A stretch of 63,999 nt of DNA, counting the filler, from Ionaspis alba (taxonomy: Eukaryota), in the NCBI GenBank assembly GCA_964255285.1. It is 5 parts of 5 records of this genome, joined end to end, with 100 filler letters (N's around TTAATTAATTAA, not from the genome) between each part and the next. Parts side by side here need not be neighbours in the genome. Positions count along the whole stretch, not along the records: positions 53,989 to 63,999 come from CAXUUL010000634.1; 4 more parts are not named here. One strand, written 5' to 3'. Made by a program: the position numbers and the translations under genes. The stretch's first letter is position 1, and every line of letters begins with the position of its first letter. The notes below the pieces were generated by a model. It did not search any database. It was not told the origin of the DNA and saw only the letters and a list, made by a program, of their open reading frames with translations. Positions 61,868-63,999 of this stretch are shown here, piece by piece.

Positions 61868-63901
61868 CTACCAACCAAATTTCTCAACGCAAGCCCCCAC
61901 CTTCCTACCCTCCCCTATCAGTCCTGCACAAAGGTTCCTCACATCCCTCCCCATACCATCCGGTCCCGATACCACAACTCCCACACTCTCCCATCCCTCA
62001 TCCTCCCCAATCCACTCCCCAATCATACTCCTCAAATCCGGTCTCCCCATCTCCTCCGTTGGCGGCGTGACAACAACATCCACGCCCCTCTCCCTCAAAA
62101 GCATTACCTTCTCCTGCCCAAGCCACTCGACCTGTACCGCTTTATGCACCACACAGACGAACAGTATCCTCTTCACTGACTTGCGGTCAACAGCTCTCTC
62201 AGCGTCCACAGACTGAGAGCTCTCCAGCGCAGCCCATACAAGTGGCCAGGTGACAGCTATGCCGCTTCCACCAGCCACAAGAACGCATACATCGCTGTCT
62301 TGGAGGAGATGTATAGCGTGCGAGGAGCCGTATGGCCCATCGACGCGGGCTGCGGTGTGGATGTGGCCTTTAGCGTAGCGAAGGAGATCTGAGGAGAAGC
62401 CGTCGCGGGCACGGATCAGGAGGGTGAGCTCCGCGGACTCGGTGTCAGGGCTTGGAGATGGAGCTCGGGAGGCGATGGTGAAGGGGTGAGCTTGTAGTAG
62501 ATGTTTGCGGGAGAGGGCGGGTATGGTCAGGAAGACGTGAGTGGCGGGTTTCCAGCCGTTTGAGAGGGTGGGAGCGAAGAAGTGACGGAAGGTGGAGCGG
62601 GACTGAGTGAGAGGGACGCTAATTTGAAGACTTGTGGTTTCGCGGTCAGGATGCACGGCCAGCAATGCGGTATAGGTATGCGATTTCAAAGTGATGCGGT
62701 AGACGAGGCGGTCGATGAGGAAGATGGCAAGGGCGATGGCGACGTAAATCCTGCTGCCGTGGTGGTGGAAGAATAGTAGGATGAGAGCGGCCAGCTGAAG
62801 GAAGATGTGTAACCCGAGGAAGAGCTCATACCATCGTTGGCGGAAGCTTCCGAGAGAGGTGAAGTAAAGGGCTTCGTAGGCGACGAAGGCGCCGATACCC
62901 AGGAGGATGATCTTGCTGAGGAGGAAGCGGGCGAGGGTGAAGCCTGTTGGCCGGAGAAGCGTGTACCAGACGCCGAGCATGCCGACGGAATGAAGAAGTG
63001 CAAGCAGGCACATTATTTCTCCAAGTCTTCTGTGCATAATGTTCAGAGACTCGTAGGAATAGCCCGTCAGGAACTTGAGCGGTTGATTCTTTGCTGCAAA
63101 GAAGTATAGCAATGGGAGATTTGCGACGAATACGAGAGATGCTCTATCTGCAAAGACGAATAGCATTGGAATCGAGAATGGCACTTTATAGAATATATAG
63201 AAGATGTTGATGCTGAGAAGGGCGAGCACCGCCAGCGATGTTGCGTTCGATGGCATCACTTTGTTGATGACGGGTATGGGCTTTGGCTGATACATGAGCC
63301 ATGACTGCAATTTCCTCCCTATACCAACAGCTCTGCGGATGGTTTTGGACGAGGGGCCAAGTAGAGGAGTCAGCTCATTGTTTGGTGTCACTATCTTCAG
63401 TGTAGGCGGAGTGGCGATTCCCTCCAGCGTACTACTACTGCTCGACGAGGAGGCAGTTCCCCCGAAGGAGCGGTCATTCCGTTCGGTATTGTCTGCCCTT
63501 CCCTGAGCATATCGGTCCTTATCATCGAGGCTTCTAGATGTTGTAGTTTTTGCGCTCTTCCTTCTCTTTTGCCATCTCGTGGCCTTTGCCCCCCAATGTG
63601 CGGCTGTGAAAACAATAAGTATACAGGCAATCACACCATGGTAGCTTAGAATGAATCTCCTTGAAAAAAGGATTCCCCGGACGAGTTCTCGAAATTGCGG
63701 ACTGCGGCCACCGGGCGATCCCTCCGTTGTCGTGACTCTGTGGATTGAAGACTCGATTGTGCGTGAGGTCGCACGGAGGGCAACGCGAAGGCCAGCTCGT
63801 AGCTCTGAGCTGGTGATGGCATCGCTTGTCATGTTGCTTCTTCTGCTATTGGCATCGAAGGCACGAAGGTGGTGGTCACGTCTGGGATCGATCGCTGTCA
63901 T
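61868..63901 (-). CDS. Ferric reductase-like transmembrane oxidoreductase (FRE/NOX superfamily), intronless
   Basis: Heme His pairs HRRLG..LLH and LHIFL..FFHH, FAD motif HPFTIAS, DGPYG, VAGGSGI, SGP, terminal EKFGW. Start may be the second Met near 63832. Confidence 0.92.
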   Translation of the reverse strand: MTAIDPRRDHHLRAFDANSRRSNMTSDAITSSELRAGLRVALRATSRTIESSIHRVTTTEGSPGGRSPQFRELVRGILFSRRFILSYHGVIACILIVFTAAHWGAKATRWQKRRKSAKTTTSRSLDDKDRYAQGRADNTERNDRSFGGTASSSSSSSTLEGIATPPTLKIVTPNNELTPLLGPSSKTIRRAVGIGRKLQSWLMYQPKPIPVINKVMPSNATSLAVLALLSINIFYIFYKVPFSIPMLFVFADRASLVFVANLPLLYFFAAKNQPLKFLTGYSYESLNIMHRRLGEIMCLLALLHSVGMLGVWYTLLRPTGFTLARFLLSKIILLGIGAFVAYEALYFTSLGSFRQRWYELFLGLHIFLQLAALILLFFHHHGSRIYVAIALAIFLIDRLVYRITLKSHTYTALLAVHPDRETTSLQISVPLTQSRSTFRHFFAPTLSNGWKPATHVFLTIPALSRKHLLQAHPFTIASRAPSPSPDTESAELTLLIRARDGFSSDLLRYAKGHIHTAARVDGPYGSSHAIHLLQDSDVCVLVAGGSGIAVTWPLVWAALESSQSVDAERAVDRKSVKRILFVCVVHKAVQVEWLGQEKVMLLRERGVDVVVTPPTEEMGRPDLRSMIGEWIGEDEGWESVGVVVSGPDGMGRDVRNLCAGLIGEGRKVGACVEKFGW

Positions 63902-63999
63902 GACGTTATGGCTAGCGGCGGGTTAGACCGCACGGTAGTCTACTAGAAGGTTGCTCCTTTGATGTCCTTCCTGTTTAGAATGCAAACTACTATACAATC

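Noticed and set aside
61868..63901. Ferric reductase as Starship cargo marker
   Set aside because: Looks like an ordinary full-length FRE-family gene; no captain recombinase or element boundary is visible.
1..63999. tRNA, rRNA, CRISPR arrays or prokaryotic systems
   Set aside because: None recognised by eye; the sequence is spliceosomal-intron-rich fungal DNA. A tRNAscan-SE or Infernal run would be needed to exclude small RNAs.

Overview
Intron-containing DNA from a filamentous ascomycete (Pezizomycotina); narrower taxonomy cannot be fixed from this window. The window is not one locus. Four identical N44-TTAATTAATTAA-N44 linkers join five separate scaffolds in descending length order (>=13416, 13410, 13394 and 13368 bp, then a partial fifth), so gene neighbourhoods across linkers mean nothing. 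Most content is conserved housekeeping genes: BCS1, SEN1, RPC19, NDUFA6, BUD31, Snf1 beta subunit, KAE1, RKM4-like, EPL1, CNB1, PDB1, SLT11, ERG6, a sugar transporter, two SDRs, an amidase and a ferric reductase. There are two accessory or decayed patches. The 2.8-11.5 kb patch holds an F-box-like gene, a solo LTR, a frameshifted gene paired divergently with a zf-3CxxC gene, a BTB gene and relics. The 50-54 kb patch holds a membrane protein, a pogo/Fot1-type transposase relic and an F-box gene. I cannot support a complete new multi-gene system. The best leads are: calcineurin B with no in-frame AUG (candidate GUG/CUG start), a Sen1 helicase with three C-terminal CCHC zinc knuckles, a Snf1 beta subunit with two myristoylation-type starts, the zf-3CxxC gene pair, and two non-canonical splice sites. 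All family assignments come from recalled motifs, not database searches.
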